From assembly GCA_022766945.1 (NCBI GenBank), contig JALEOU010000021.1:29694-93693 (forward strand): DNA of 64,000 bases, given 5' to 3'. The number at the start of each line of letters is the position of its first letter. Position 1 is the stretch's first letter. The stretch is from Fusicatenibacter sp. GTDB taxonomy: Bacteria > Bacillota > Clostridia > Lachnospirales > Lachnospiraceae. Below are positions 8,862-18,547 of this stretch, piece after piece. The position numbers and the translations under genes were made by a program. The notes under the pieces were generated by a model, which saw only the letters and a program-made list of their open reading frames with translations, did not search any database and had not been told where the DNA came from.

Positions 8862-9758
8862 ATGGACCCTGTTTTCACCTATCCGGTCAGTGCATCAGAA
8901 AATCAGACTACCGTGGAATCGTTTCTCCGCAAGCGCGGATACTCTCATCATATTCTGACTGGTCTGAAACAGACCGAAGACGGCATCTGTCTAAATGGAG
9001 TCCGCACTTACACGACATGGCGACTTCAGACCGGGGATCTTCTCACCGTTCACCTTCGGGAAACGGATACGTCTGATCAGATACTGCCGCGCCCGGTTCC
9101 CTTTACCATCGTCTATGAAGATGAACATATCCTGGTTGTCAACAAACCATCGGACACCCCGGTACATCCTTCCATCGGCAATTATGAAAACACACTGGCA
9201 AACGGCGTCTCCTGGTACTTCTCCCAACAGGGAAAGCCTTTCGTATTCCGCTGTATCAATCGTCTGGACCGGGACACCACAGGGCTGGTTCTGCTTGCCA
9301 AGCACGCGCTCAGCGGTGCCATTCTCTCAGGCGCCATGACCCGCAGGGAAATCCACAGAACCTATCAGGCGATTACCTATGGTGATCTGCCGGCCAAAGG
9401 AACGATCGATGCGCCGATCGCAAGGCTGGATGGATCTGTCATTATGCGAACGGTAGATTATGAGCGCGGCGAACGATCCGTCACCCATTATACGACGCTC
9501 GCACGTCAGAATGGTTTTTCGTTTCTCGAACTTCATCTGGAAACCGGACGCACTCATCAGATCCGTGTTCATATGTCTCATATCGGCCATCCACTTGTGG
9601 GCGATACTATGTACGGTCCCGCTGATCAGACGCTGATCGCCCGCCAGGCTCTGCACTCCGCAGCGCTTTCCTTTTCTCATCCCATCACAGGGGAACCCAT
9701 GAAATTTCACTGCGAACTTCCGGATGATATGAAACATCTGCTCGAAATCAGAGGATAA
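8862..9758 (+). CDS. RluA-family 23S rRNA/tRNA pseudouridine synthase (RluD-like)
   Basis: It has the catalytic motif NRLDRDTTGLVLLAK, HQIRVHM and an S4-like N-terminus. The start is set at ATG 8862 (RBS gggagg at 8848-8853), not at the longer track ORF. Confidence 0.9.
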   Translation: MDPVFTYPVSASENQTTVESFLRKRGYSHHILTGLKQTEDGICLNGVRTYTTWRLQTGDLLTVHLRETDTSDQILPRPVPFTIVYEDEHILVVNKPSDTPVHPSIGNYENTLANGVSWYFSQQGKPFVFRCINRLDRDTTGLVLLAKHALSGAILSGAMTRREIHRTYQAITYGDLPAKGTIDAPIARLDGSVIMRTVDYERGERSVTHYTTLARQNGFSFLELHLETGRTHQIRVHMSHIGHPLVGDTMYGPADQTLIARQALHSAALSFSHPITGEPMKFHCELPDDMKHLLEIRG

Positions 9759-9810
9759 ATTGCTCAAAAAAGAGGCCTATCGAACTGTTTTCTCATATAG
9801 ACAACAATAA

Positions 9811-9846
9811 AAAGACAGTTCCCCTTTTCTCCGGAAAACTGTCTTT
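9811..9846. terminator. Bidirectional terminator hairpin between convergent genes
   Basis: There are perfect 10-bp arms: aaagacagtt 9811-9820 / aactgtcttt 9837-9846. An A-run lies upstream and a T-rich tract downstream. Confidence 0.65.
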
Positions 9847-9857
9847 CTTACCTTCTT

Positions 9858-10358
9858 TTACATAGCATGAATCCGCGGCACTTCATCCACATGGAGATAT
9901 TTGCTGATACATTTGACAATGATATCATGATCCGAAACCTGTCCAAGCCCCGACACAGCCACTGTAGCCACAACTCCTGTCTCCTCCACCCGTATCGGGA
10001 AACCTCCGCCAAGAGCTACGTATTCTTTCGGATCCAGCGTCATCTGCTTGATACTCTCCGGATTTCTTGTCCCCGCCATATACAGTTTCAGCGAGCTGCG
10101 CTCTGTTACGCGTACCGTATTGCTTTTGCGCTTCATCAGTTCCTCATTATAAGGTGTAATCTGATTGTCACAGTACTGGAATACTACCTGGCCGTTGTTT
10201 CTTCTGATCATCACACCTACATTCGCGCCGCGGCGTCTTCCTTCCATCACAATCATCGTTCCCAGTTCCCATGCATCTGCATTGGTAAAATGCGTAAACT
10301 GCAGAATCTCTTCCTGCATATCCAGCACTTTCATCAACTCATCCATTGTCATCGTCAT
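9858..10358 (-). CDS. UPF0303 / heme-degrading-domain (GlcG-like) protein
   Basis: It is 166 aa with FTHFTNADAWELG...GGGFPI..., typical of the UPF0303 family as I recall it. Confidence 0.7.
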   Translation of the reverse strand: MTMTMDELMKVLDMQEEILQFTHFTNADAWELGTMIVMEGRRRGANVGVMIRRNNGQVVFQYCDNQITPYNEELMKRKSNTVRVTERSSLKLYMAGTRNPESIKQMTLDPKEYVALGGGFPIRVEETGVVATVAVSGLGQVSDHDIIVKCISKYLHVDEVPRIHAM

Positions 10359-10479
10359 ATTTCTCCTCCTGCCTTTCCGCCCAATGGCTGTTTTGCAAAT
10401 AACACGTTTGTATTAGAGATCTGTAACTGTCTTTACGAACTATTTCCAGAGTATAGTTTAGCATTCCCCAAAAGATTCG

Positions 10480-11013
10480 TCAAGCCAGCCACCAGCCCTC
10501 ATGGCTGCCATGATTCTGATATCTGCAAAGAACCAATAGTAACGTCATGCCAAGAACTCCGCAGGAAATCACTTCCCCGATTCCCACGGTGACCATAAAA
10601 TAGGGGATTGATCCTTCAAACTGATATACATAGGCCAGGATAAAAGGAATGATCAGTGTATTCGCCAGGATCGGCGGAACCGGCGCCAGATACCGGTTCT
10701 TTCGGAGCATATAAGTTCCTGCGGCACCAATCAGGGTGGCAATACTGCCAAAGATGACATCCAGAGGCATACATCCTGTCAAAAGGTTGGACAGCAGGCA
10801 TCCCGCAAAAAGTCCGGGAATCGCAGCCGGAGTAAAATACGGAAGGACTGTCAGTGCTTCCGAAAATCGTACCTGTATTGCATAATTTGCCAGTCCCAGA
10901 CTGTTGGCAAGGAAGGTCAAAATCACATAGACTGCGGCAATCATGGCTGCCTGCGTCATTTGAAGTGTTCGTTTTCTGTCTTTTCTCATATTCGTTCCCA
11001 TATCTTTATTCAT
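10480..11013 (-). CDS. queT: QueT family queuosine-precursor transporter (ECF S-component-like)
   Basis: It is a polytopic membrane protein: AAMIAAVYVILTFLANSLGLANYAIQVRFSEALTVLPYFTPAAIPGLFAGCLLSNLL. The start is uncertain (ATG 11013, 11001 or 10989). The 11013 start overlaps the stop of the upstream gene. Confidence 0.75.
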   Translation of the reverse strand: MNKDMGTNMRKDRKRTLQMTQAAMIAAVYVILTFLANSLGLANYAIQVRFSEALTVLPYFTPAAIPGLFAGCLLSNLLTGCMPLDVIFGSIATLIGAAGTYMLRKNRYLAPVPPILANTLIIPFILAYVYQFEGSIPYFMVTVGIGEVISCGVLGMTLLLVLCRYQNHGSHEGWWLA

Positions 11014-11536
11014 CTTTTCTGATTTCTTTTTTCCTGCGTTTTTCCCCGTCTTTTTTCGGAATTCTTCGGTCCACTTCTGCGACGCAGATTCCAATCAAAA
11101 GTCCGGTGATCACACCACAGATCATCAGAAACGGAAGCCAGGCCATAATCTGCACGTTTTCCACAAGAACAGAGGCCACCGCAATCTGCGCCATATTATG
11201 CGCCACACCTCCTGCGACGGAAACGCCGGGAATCCCAAATCTTTCCTGATATTTTGCCGCTGCCATCACGCATAAGCTGAAAATGGCGCCCGCCAGAGAG
11301 AAGAGTGTGGAAAACAGATTTCCAAACAGCAAACCGATAATCGCCACACGCAGTCCGGAAACGATCAGTGCTTCCCTCCATCCGTAGCGATACAAAACCA
11401 GTACCACAGCCAGATTTGCAATGCCAAGTTTCATCCCTGGAATACCGGGCGTAAAAGGAATCAGCGATTCCACATATCCCAGAATCACCGCAAATGCGGT
11501 AAAAAGTCCAAGATTTGTGATTTTTCCTGTTTTCAT
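11006..11536 (-). CDS. Gx transporter family membrane protein (Hpre_diP_synt_I-like)
   Basis: It reads MKTGKITNLGLFTAFAVILGYVESLIPFTPGIPGMKLGIANLAVVLVLY, a polytopic membrane protein with a lysine-rich tail. The pairing with a NusG_II gene is typical. Confidence 0.75.
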   Translation of the reverse strand: MKTGKITNLGLFTAFAVILGYVESLIPFTPGIPGMKLGIANLAVVLVLYRYGWREALIVSGLRVAIIGLLFGNLFSTLFSLAGAIFSLCVMAAAKYQERFGIPGVSVAGGVAHNMAQIAVASVLVENVQIMAWLPFLMICGVITGLLIGICVAEVDRRIPKKDGEKRRKKEIRKDE

Positions 11537-11611
11537 CTTTCACCTCTCCAAAAAGATATACTCTTATTCGAATCACCGCTTTTCTGTCACAGCAGGATGC
11601 CGGAACAGCAC

Positions 11612-11995
11612 TCATCTGGCAATTACATCCGGCAGGGAGTCATCCACACTGTCATCCGGATTTTCCCTGATTACCTCAATCACCACCCGGTGCGGCAGGC
11701 AGACGATACTCTCACCCGTGTGGGAAATTGCGCCTGTTTTCACACAGATCTGATCGGGACAATCGGCACGTTCCATGGAGACTTGGCCGTCTGAGATTCT
11801 GCACACATTTCCGTTTCCGATTTTAATCTCCTGATTTACGGATAGAGAATACACCCCAAAAACCTCACCGTCAACCTTTATCTGTACCTGATTGCCCGGT
11901 TTTTTTTGAATGTTTCCGACAAGCATCAGAATTCCTGCAGTGATAAGGACCGCAAAAATCAATAAGATATCATTTCTCTTTTTCTGAAACTTCAT
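11612..11995 (-). CDS. NusG domain II-containing membrane-anchored protein
   Basis: An N-terminal TM is followed by VQIKVDGEVFGVYSLSVNQEIKIGNGNVCRISDGQVSMERADCPDQICV. The start is set at ATG 11995 (GGAGGA 6 nt upstream). Confidence 0.7.
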   Translation of the reverse strand: MKFQKKRNDILLIFAVLITAGILMLVGNIQKKPGNQVQIKVDGEVFGVYSLSVNQEIKIGNGNVCRISDGQVSMERADCPDQICVKTGAISHTGESIVCLPHRVVIEVIRENPDDSVDDSLPDVIAR

Positions 11996-12023
11996 GGCTT
12001 CCTCCATCATGTTTTATCACCGT

Positions 12024-12068
12024 TAAATGAAAGGAGCAGGATAAACGCAACCGACGCCATCCTGCTCC
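12024..12068 (-). terminator. Hairpin with U-rich tail downstream of rnfB (partial terminator or attenuator)
   Basis: The arms are ggagcaggat 12033-12042 / atcctgctcc 12059-12068, followed by UUUCAUUU on the minus strand. Confidence 0.55.
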
Positions 12069-12112
12069 AGACCATACGTATGACAATACCGCAAACCAGT
12101 GATTTCTCTGTT

Positions 12113-12904
12113 TTATTTTCTGATAATGCAGTGACGCGGACAGTTCTCCGCACAGAGACCGCAGTTGGTACACTTGGAATAATCAATCTCCGCTCTCTGA
12201 TCTTTCACAGTAATTGCACCTGCCGGGCAATTCTTCTCACACTTCTTACAGCCGATACATCCCACTTCGCAGGCTGCCATAACCGCTTTTCCTTTGTCCG
12301 TTGAGCGGCAGCCAACAACAATACTCTGCTCATACGGAATCAGTTCAATCAGATTTTTCGGACATGCTTTTACACAGGCTCCGCATGCTTTACACTGTTC
12401 CGGGTCTACCACTGCAATTCCCTTTTCCACATGGATGGCATCAAACTTGCAGGCTTTTACACAGCTTCCGAATCCCAGACATCCAAAATTACAGCTCTTT
12501 GGACCGCCGCCGGGCACGAAAGCCGCATACTGGCAGTCCTCCACGCCTGTATAAATATAATCTTTCTTTGCTTTTTCACATTCTCCCACACAGCGGACAT
12601 AAGCAGTCTTACGAACAGAATCCCCAACGCTCTGTCCCATAATCGCACCGATGGCTGCAGCGACCGGTGCACCGCCTACCGGACAGACGTTGACCGGAGC
12701 CTGCCCTTTGGCAACTGCTGCTGCTGCTCCATCACATCCCGGAAAGCCGCATCCGCCGCAGTTATTGCCCGGAAGTGCATCTCTGATCTGTACTTCTTTT
12801 TCATCCACTTCCACGTAGAATTTTTTCCCGGCAATCCCCAGGAGTATTCCAATGAGCAGTCCGGTTCCTCCTACCATCAGTGTGGCCATTAAAATACCAT
12901 TCAT
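12113..12904 (-). CDS. rnfB: Rnf complex subunit B (polyferredoxin)
   Basis: It has an N-terminal [11 protein letters not shown] and several CxxCxxCxxxCP ferredoxin motifs. Confidence 0.93.
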   Translation of the reverse strand: MNGILMATLMVGGTGLLIGILLGIAGKKFYVEVDEKEVQIRDALPGNNCGGCGFPGCDGAAAAVAKGQAPVNVCPVGGAPVAAAIGAIMGQSVGDSVRKTAYVRCVGECEKAKKDYIYTGVEDCQYAAFVPGGGPKSCNFGCLGFGSCVKACKFDAIHVEKGIAVVDPEQCKACGACVKACPKNLIELIPYEQSIVVGCRSTDKGKAVMAACEVGCIGCKKCEKNCPAGAITVKDQRAEIDYSKCTNCGLCAENCPRHCIIRK

Positions 12905-12916
12905 ACCTCATTCCTC

Positions 12917-13492
12917 CTAGATAATTCCGGAAAATCCCATAAACGCCATAGACATCAGCATAGCAGTCAGCAGCACTATCGGCATTCCCTTAAATGATTC
13001 CGGCACATCATTGTATTCCATCTTTTCCCGAAGTCCGGCCATCAATACCATGGCAATGGTAAAGCCAATAGCTGTCGCAAATCCATTGATGGTTCCTTCC
13101 AGGATCCCATAATCCTTCTGTACATTGGTCAGTGCCACACCGAGAACTGCACAGTTGGTTGTGATCAGGGGCAGATAGACACCCAGAGCGCGATACAGTG
13201 ACGGAATCATTTTCTTCAGAAGCATTTCAACCAGCTGAACCAGTGCCGCAATTACCAGAATAAATACGATGGTTTTCAGGTAATCCAGTCCCGCGGGAGC
13301 CAGCAAAAATTTATAAATCACACTTGCTACAAAGGAGGATACCGTCAGAACAAAGATAACGGCTCCGCCCATACCAGCTGCTGTATCCATCTTCTTGGAC
13401 ACGCCAAGAAAAGCACAGATACCGAGGAACTGGCTCAATACCACATTGTTCACCAATGCAGCACCGATCGCAATAATCAAAAGTTCTTTCAT
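12917..13492 (-). CDS. rnfA: Rnf complex subunit A
   Basis: It reads MKELLIIAIGAALVNNVVLSQFLGICAFLGVSKK. The start at 13492 forms an ATGA overlap with the rnfE stop. The longer track ORF is an upstream shadow. Confidence 0.93.
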   Translation of the reverse strand: MKELLIIAIGAALVNNVVLSQFLGICAFLGVSKKMDTAAGMGGAVIFVLTVSSFVASVIYKFLLAPAGLDYLKTIVFILVIAALVQLVEMLLKKMIPSLYRALGVYLPLITTNCAVLGVALTNVQKDYGILEGTINGFATAIGFTIAMVLMAGLREKMEYNDVPESFKGMPIVLLTAMLMSMAFMGFSGII

Positions 13493-14193
13493 CTCGTTCC
13501 CTCCCCTTTCGCAGCTTTTGCACCGCAGGCATGATTTGTACAGGAGGCACATCCGATCTCCTCACAGTTCGGTACCATTTTTCCTTCTTTCTTTGCTTTT
13601 CCGCGGCGCACTCTGTTCTGGAGTGCCACAAGCATCGCCAGTACAAGGAACGCACCGGGAGCCATGATGAAAATCGTCAGAGGTTCATAGGCAGAAGGCA
13701 TCACCTTCATGTCAAACAGAGTACCTGCTCCGATCAGCTCACGTACCATACCAATGCAGGTAAGGCCGATGGTAAATCCGATTCCCATTCCAAGACCGTC
13801 AAACAGAGAAGGAATCACCTTATTCTTGCCTGCATAAGCTTCCGCACGGCCAAGGATAATACAGTTTACCACGATCAGAGGAATATAAATGCCGAGCGCG
13901 GAATACAGAGACGGAACATATCCTTCCAGTAAGAATTCCACAATCGTTACAAAAGATGCCACCACGACAATATAGGCTGGCATACGGACACCATCGGGAA
14001 TGATCTTCCGAAGAAGAGAAATCATCACGTTGGATGCAATCAGAATGATCGTCGTTGCCAGTCCCATGCCGATTCCGTTCATCGCGGAGGTGGTGACTGC
14101 CAGCGTAGGACACATTCCCAGCATCATGACGAATGTAGGATTTTCTTTTATAATACCATTATAAAGCCGTTCTACCGGCGTGTCTTTTTTCAT
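13489..14193 (-). CDS. rnfE: Rnf complex subunit E, with a Cys-rich C-terminal extension
   Basis: It reads ENPTFVMMLGMCPTLAVTTSAMNGIGMGLATT. The tail is RRGKAKKEGKMVPNCEEIGCASCTNHACGAKAAKGEGTR. Confidence 0.92.
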   Translation of the reverse strand: MKKDTPVERLYNGIIKENPTFVMMLGMCPTLAVTTSAMNGIGMGLATTIILIASNVMISLLRKIIPDGVRMPAYIVVVASFVTIVEFLLEGYVPSLYSALGIYIPLIVVNCIILGRAEAYAGKNKVIPSLFDGLGMGIGFTIGLTCIGMVRELIGAGTLFDMKVMPSAYEPLTIFIMAPGAFLVLAMLVALQNRVRRGKAKKEGKMVPNCEEIGCASCTNHACGAKAAKGEGTR

Positions 14194-14825
14194 GACGCGC
14201 TGCCTCCTTTCTCCACAAGTCCCGTTTCACTGCAATACCGGAAAAACTCAAGTCCTGCATTGACACCGTTGGTCACTGCACCGGTGGTCAGAGTCGCACC
14301 GCTCAAAGCATCAATCTGGTCTTCGGATACGGCGCCTGTTTTTGTGTATTCAAATGCTTCCACCGCTTTGCCTTTGAACTGTGATTTGAACTCATCCGTA
14401 TTTGCTTTCATACCAAGTCCTGCAGTCTCACTTAAGGAGAGGAAAGAAATACCTGTCATCGTTCCGTCTTCTGTCACACCGATGGAAAATTGCATTCCGC
14501 CATCATAGCCTTCCGTGGTGGAAAGAACAATCACAAGACCCATAACATTGCCGCTTTCATCCAGCGGCAGCCATACTTCATCGATCGTCTGCGCTGTAAA
14601 TCCGGCACCGCTCATGTGCTCCCTGATCGCGTCAGATTCTGCTGTGATATCCACCGTTTCAAAGCTGGCTGCTTCCGAAAACACTTCCTCGAAAGCCTTC
14701 TGTTTTGATTTTTCCTGCTGTTCCTGGATCGGTTTTAATGTAACCGCATGAACCGCGCCAAGAAGCAGTCCTGCCACCAGGGTAATGGCAGTGAGGATCA
14801 GTGCATTTTTGATAATCTTTTTCAT
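14190..14825 (-). CDS. rnfG: Rnf complex subunit G (FMN-binding)
   Basis: It has an N-terminal TM and the flavinylation motif DALSGATLTT. Confidence 0.92.
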   Translation of the reverse strand: MKKIIKNALILTAITLVAGLLLGAVHAVTLKPIQEQQEKSKQKAFEEVFSEAASFETVDITAESDAIREHMSGAGFTAQTIDEVWLPLDESGNVMGLVIVLSTTEGYDGGMQFSIGVTEDGTMTGISFLSLSETAGLGMKANTDEFKSQFKGKAVEAFEYTKTGAVSEDQIDALSGATLTTGAVTNGVNAGLEFFRYCSETGLVEKGGSAS

Positions 14826-15784
14826 GCTTTCTTCTTACCTCCTTTGCCAAATGCCGTCGGAACAGTCACGCGCTCAATCAGCGGTACCAGTAGATTGGTA
14901 AAGATAATCGCATAGGATACACCCTCCGCTGATTTTCCCATAATCCGGAATACGCCGGTTAAAAGGCCAAGAATAACCGCATAGAGATACTGGCCTTTCT
15001 TTGTGATCGGACGGGTCACATAATCGGTAGCCATGAACCATGCACCGAGCATCAGACCACCGCCCAGAAGATGTCCTCCAAGGTATGCCAGGTCAAAACC
15101 GTGTCCGCCGAAAATCAGCGCAAACAAAAGCTCTGTCACTATGTAGGTAGCCGGAATCCGAAGATCAATCACGTGAACGCAAACCAGGAAAATTCCGCCG
15201 ATCAGCAGTGCCAGTGCCGAAGTTTCTCCGATCGTTCCTCTCGTATTTCCAAGGAACATAGAGAGAAGATTCACCTGTTCTCCGGCCTTCATGGCAGCCA
15301 GCGGCGTTGCGCCGGATACCGTATCCACAATGTGAGACGCTGCTCTCTCAGAGACGGAAAAATCTGTCATATGAGCCGGGAATGAAATCAGAAGAAAACA
15401 TCTTGCAGCCAGCGCCGGATTCATAATATTCTGTCCCAGACCGCCAAACAGCTGTTTTACAACCAGAATCGCAAACACAGCACCGATCACGGGCATCCAC
15501 AGCGGTACGTTCACCGGTAAATTCATGGCAATCAGAAGACCTGTCACCATGGCACTTCCATCGGAAATCGTGATCGTTCTGTGCATCGCTTTTTCATAGA
15601 GATACTCTGTCAATACACTGCTGACCATCGTAATTGCGATAATCAGAAGGGCTCTGATACCAAAATTCCAGATGCCCATGCAGGCTGCAGGTGTAAGCGC
15701 CAGCAGCACCATGCCCATAATATTGCCTGTTGTAACCTTCCCCCGGGCATGAGGAGAAGAAGATACCTGTAATAGTCCGTTCAT
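14822..15784 (-). CDS. rnfD: Rnf complex subunit D
   Basis: It is polytopic, with the motif VDTVSGATPLA. Confidence 0.93.
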   Translation of the reverse strand: MNGLLQVSSSPHARGKVTTGNIMGMVLLALTPAACMGIWNFGIRALLIIAITMVSSVLTEYLYEKAMHRTITISDGSAMVTGLLIAMNLPVNVPLWMPVIGAVFAILVVKQLFGGLGQNIMNPALAARCFLLISFPAHMTDFSVSERAASHIVDTVSGATPLAAMKAGEQVNLLSMFLGNTRGTIGETSALALLIGGIFLVCVHVIDLRIPATYIVTELLFALIFGGHGFDLAYLGGHLLGGGLMLGAWFMATDYVTRPITKKGQYLYAVILGLLTGVFRIMGKSAEGVSYAIIFTNLLVPLIERVTVPTAFGKGGKKKA

Positions 15785-15799
15785 TTATTTTTCCTTTCC

Positions 15800-17131
15800 T
15801 TATGCGCCTTTTTTCTTCTTGGCAAGCAATACTTTACGCATGGATTTGATCGACTGGGTCAGCGGTCTTCTTGCCGGGCAGATGAAAGAACAGCAGCCGC
15901 ACTCACAGCACTCCATACCGTTATATTTCAGGAAGCTTTCCTCATCGCCATGCTCAGAAAATACAGACAGTTTTGCCGGAATGACACGGCCCGGACAGAC
16001 GCTGGCACAGCGTCCGCAGTTAATGCAGGCTGACGGCTCCATCGCAGAAACTTCGTCATGGGTCAGACAGGTGAGCGCTGATGTTGTCTTCATGACAGGT
16101 ACATCCAGCGTATAGAGCGCATTCCCCATCATCGGACCTCCTGCTATGATCTTGGCTGCGTCACCTTTTAAGCCTCCTGCTTCTTCAAGAAGCTCTGACA
16201 TCAGCATTCCAATCGGTGTGTAAAAGTTCTTCGGATCTGCCACAGCATCTCCGGTCACCGTGACAATCCGGTGCATCAAAGGCTCTCCGAGGCGCACTGC
16301 CTTGTAAACTGCGACTACCGTATCGATATTATCCACGATACATCCGGCATCCGCAGGCAGCATGGAAGAATTAATCTGTCTTCCCGTCGCAGCATAAATG
16401 AGCATACGTTCTGCACCCTGTGGATACTTTGTCTTTAACTCAAGCACCTCAATTCTGTCGCCGGGCATAATCAGCTGACGGAATTTCCGGATACAGTCTT
16501 TTTTGTTGTCTTCAATGCAGATCACGCCTTTTGCCTTGTCAAACAGACTGAGCATGATCCGCAGCCCACCGAGCACCTTCTCCGGCTCTTCAAGCATTCT
16601 CCGATAATCGCTGGTCAGATACGGCTCACACTCAGAACCATTGACCAGAATATGATCAATACTCTCCGGATCCTTCGGAGAGAGTTTCACATGTGTCGGG
16701 AAACCGGCGCCCCCCATACCAACAACTCCGGCATCCTGAATAATGGAAATAATCTCCTTTTTGGACAGTTTCTGCCAGTCGGGCCGCTCGGAAAAGCCAA
16801 CACTCTCAAAAGTTCCATCGTTTTCCACCACAATACAATCCACTTTTGACCCGCCTGCAGCCACCTTCTTCTCAATTCCTTTCACCACTCCGGAAACGGA
16901 AGAATAGACCGGTGCAGAAACAAATCCACCGGCCTCGGCAATTTTCTGACCCACAAGCACATGGGCACCCTTCTCCACGATTGGCTTCGCCGGTGCGCCT
17001 ATATGCTGGGAAAGCGAAAAATACAAGATCTTTCTCGGCATAACCGGCACAATCGCCTTGTCTTTTGTCAGTTCCTTTCCTTCATAAGGGTGTACGCCTC
17101 CCCGGAAAGTACTGATGTCTTTTTTGAACAT
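15800..17131 (-). CDS. rnfC: Rnf complex subunit C
   Basis: It has GMGGAGFPTHVK and two 4Fe-4S motifs: CINCGRCASVCP and CCECGCCSFICP. Confidence 0.95.
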   Translation of the reverse strand: MFKKDISTFRGGVHPYEGKELTKDKAIVPVMPRKILYFSLSQHIGAPAKPIVEKGAHVLVGQKIAEAGGFVSAPVYSSVSGVVKGIEKKVAAGGSKVDCIVVENDGTFESVGFSERPDWQKLSKKEIISIIQDAGVVGMGGAGFPTHVKLSPKDPESIDHILVNGSECEPYLTSDYRRMLEEPEKVLGGLRIMLSLFDKAKGVICIEDNKKDCIRKFRQLIMPGDRIEVLELKTKYPQGAERMLIYAATGRQINSSMLPADAGCIVDNIDTVVAVYKAVRLGEPLMHRIVTVTGDAVADPKNFYTPIGMLMSELLEEAGGLKGDAAKIIAGGPMMGNALYTLDVPVMKTTSALTCLTHDEVSAMEPSACINCGRCASVCPGRVIPAKLSVFSEHGDEESFLKYNGMECCECGCCSFICPARRPLTQSIKSMRKVLLAKKKKGA

Positions 17132-17183
17132 AGCCTCACCTCAATACATTAAGTTTTCCCTGTTTTATCACAGGATTGTATAC

Positions 17184-17192
17184 ATTATAACA
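17184..17192 (-). promoter_or_regulatory. Extended -10 (TGTTATAAT) of a putative rnf operon promoter
   Basis: The minus strand reads tgtgTTATAATg about 55 nt upstream of the rnfC ATG. The -35 is weak. Confidence 0.35.
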
Positions 17193-17435
17193 CACGTTCC
17201 CGAAATAATCCACAGTTGATAATATTGTATCAAAATTAGACCAATTTCCCATGCATTTTCACGAAGATCGACCGTTTTTCTCTCTCATCCTCTGCAAAAT
17301 TCCTGGCTTTCTTTGGCTATTTCTACCAAAAAATCATTCTGATTTTTTACCTGTTTTTTCGGTTTCGTCTTTTTTTTCAACAAAGTCCTCTCGAATGTCC
17401 AAAAATAACCCCCATTTTCCAGAAACTGTACTTTT

Positions 17436-18212
17436 TCAGGATTCTTCCATTTCGGGCGAAAACCTTGTCTCATTTTTATCATAATTTACCGATATCAGGA
17501 TCAATCCACAGGCCGGAGCGCAAAAACCTGCCTGTTCCCGATCCTGCGCTTTTAAAATCTGCCGCATGGAATCCGCCTCTCTGCGATGCAGACCGACTTC
17601 GATCAGTGTTCCTGTAAGAATGCGAACCATGTGGTAAAGAAAACCGTCCCCGGTATAGGAAACCGTAAGGATTCCGTTTTCCTCACGAAACGAAATCTTT
17701 GAAATACTGCGAACCGTTGATTTTTTCATTCTCTTATTGGCACAGAAGCTTTTGAAGTCATGGCTGCCAACAAAGTACTCCGCCGCTCTTCTCATCGCCT
17801 CCTGATCCAGAGATTCCCCGGGAAAATACAGATACTTTCTCTCGAACGCATGCTTTCCTTCGTCAACGGCAATCCGGTATTCATACGTTTTTTCCACCGC
17901 ATTAAGCCGGCTGTGAAAACGCTCCGGCACCCGACAAAGCTCCATCACCTCGATATCCTCCGGCAAATAACGGTTCATCGCCATCCGAAGTTCCTCGTCG
18001 GAAAGTTCTGTATGGAAATGAGCATTTGCCACCTGTCCAAGTGCATGAACTCCCGCATCCGTGCGCCCTGCACCGTGGATTTCCACCTTCTCACCCGTAA
18101 TCCGCAAAAGCAGCGCCTCCAGCCTGCCCTGTATGGTATTCTCTGTATTTCCCTGCTTCTGCCAACCATTATAACGGGTACCATCATATTGTATTGTCAT
18201 TTTATAATTCAT
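17436..18212 (-). CDS. truA: tRNA pseudouridine(38-40) synthase TruA
   Basis: It reads MTIQYDGTRYNGWQKQ and has the catalytic motif GAGRTDAGVHA. Confidence 0.93.
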   Translation of the reverse strand: MNYKMTIQYDGTRYNGWQKQGNTENTIQGRLEALLLRITGEKVEIHGAGRTDAGVHALGQVANAHFHTELSDEELRMAMNRYLPEDIEVMELCRVPERFHSRLNAVEKTYEYRIAVDEGKHAFERKYLYFPGESLDQEAMRRAAEYFVGSHDFKSFCANKRMKKSTVRSISKISFREENGILTVSYTGDGFLYHMVRILTGTLIEVGLHRREADSMRQILKAQDREQAGFCAPACGLILISVNYDKNETRFSPEMEES

Positions 18213-18547
18213 ATGATTTTCCTCTTTTCTGAATGGTTATTTCTCTTACTGCAGGCATTATATCATAAAACCGGGCTGTTTGACATCGACAGTACCGGAT
18301 CAGATGTGTACATCTTTTGGATTTCATTACGGTTCAGGCGGCAACGGACGCTGTGCGGTCTGAATAATAACGAGATTTCAGTAAAAAAATCACACTTTCT
18401 CCACAATTCTGTTGTATAATCATTGTATGCTTTGCCGATAGCAGGCTTCTTCCGAAACACACTTTTTTCCAAAAAGATCTTTGGTTTTCTGCCTGAAGAA
18501 TTCACTGCATCCGCAAAAGAAAATAAAACAGGAGTTTGTCCAGAATT

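Noticed and set aside
10950-11100. A preQ1 riboswitch expected in front of queT.
   Set aside because: I looked for preQ1-I-like stem-loop plus A-rich tail sequences on the minus strand and saw none. The space is occupied by the end of the upstream CDS. This was not tested with a covariance model.
13493-13552. The longer rnfA ORF starting at 13552 (MCLLYKSCLRCKSCERGGNE...).
   Set aside because: It overlaps the rnfE 3' end in another frame. The conserved RnfA N-terminus starts at ATG 13492, which forms the usual ATGA overlap.
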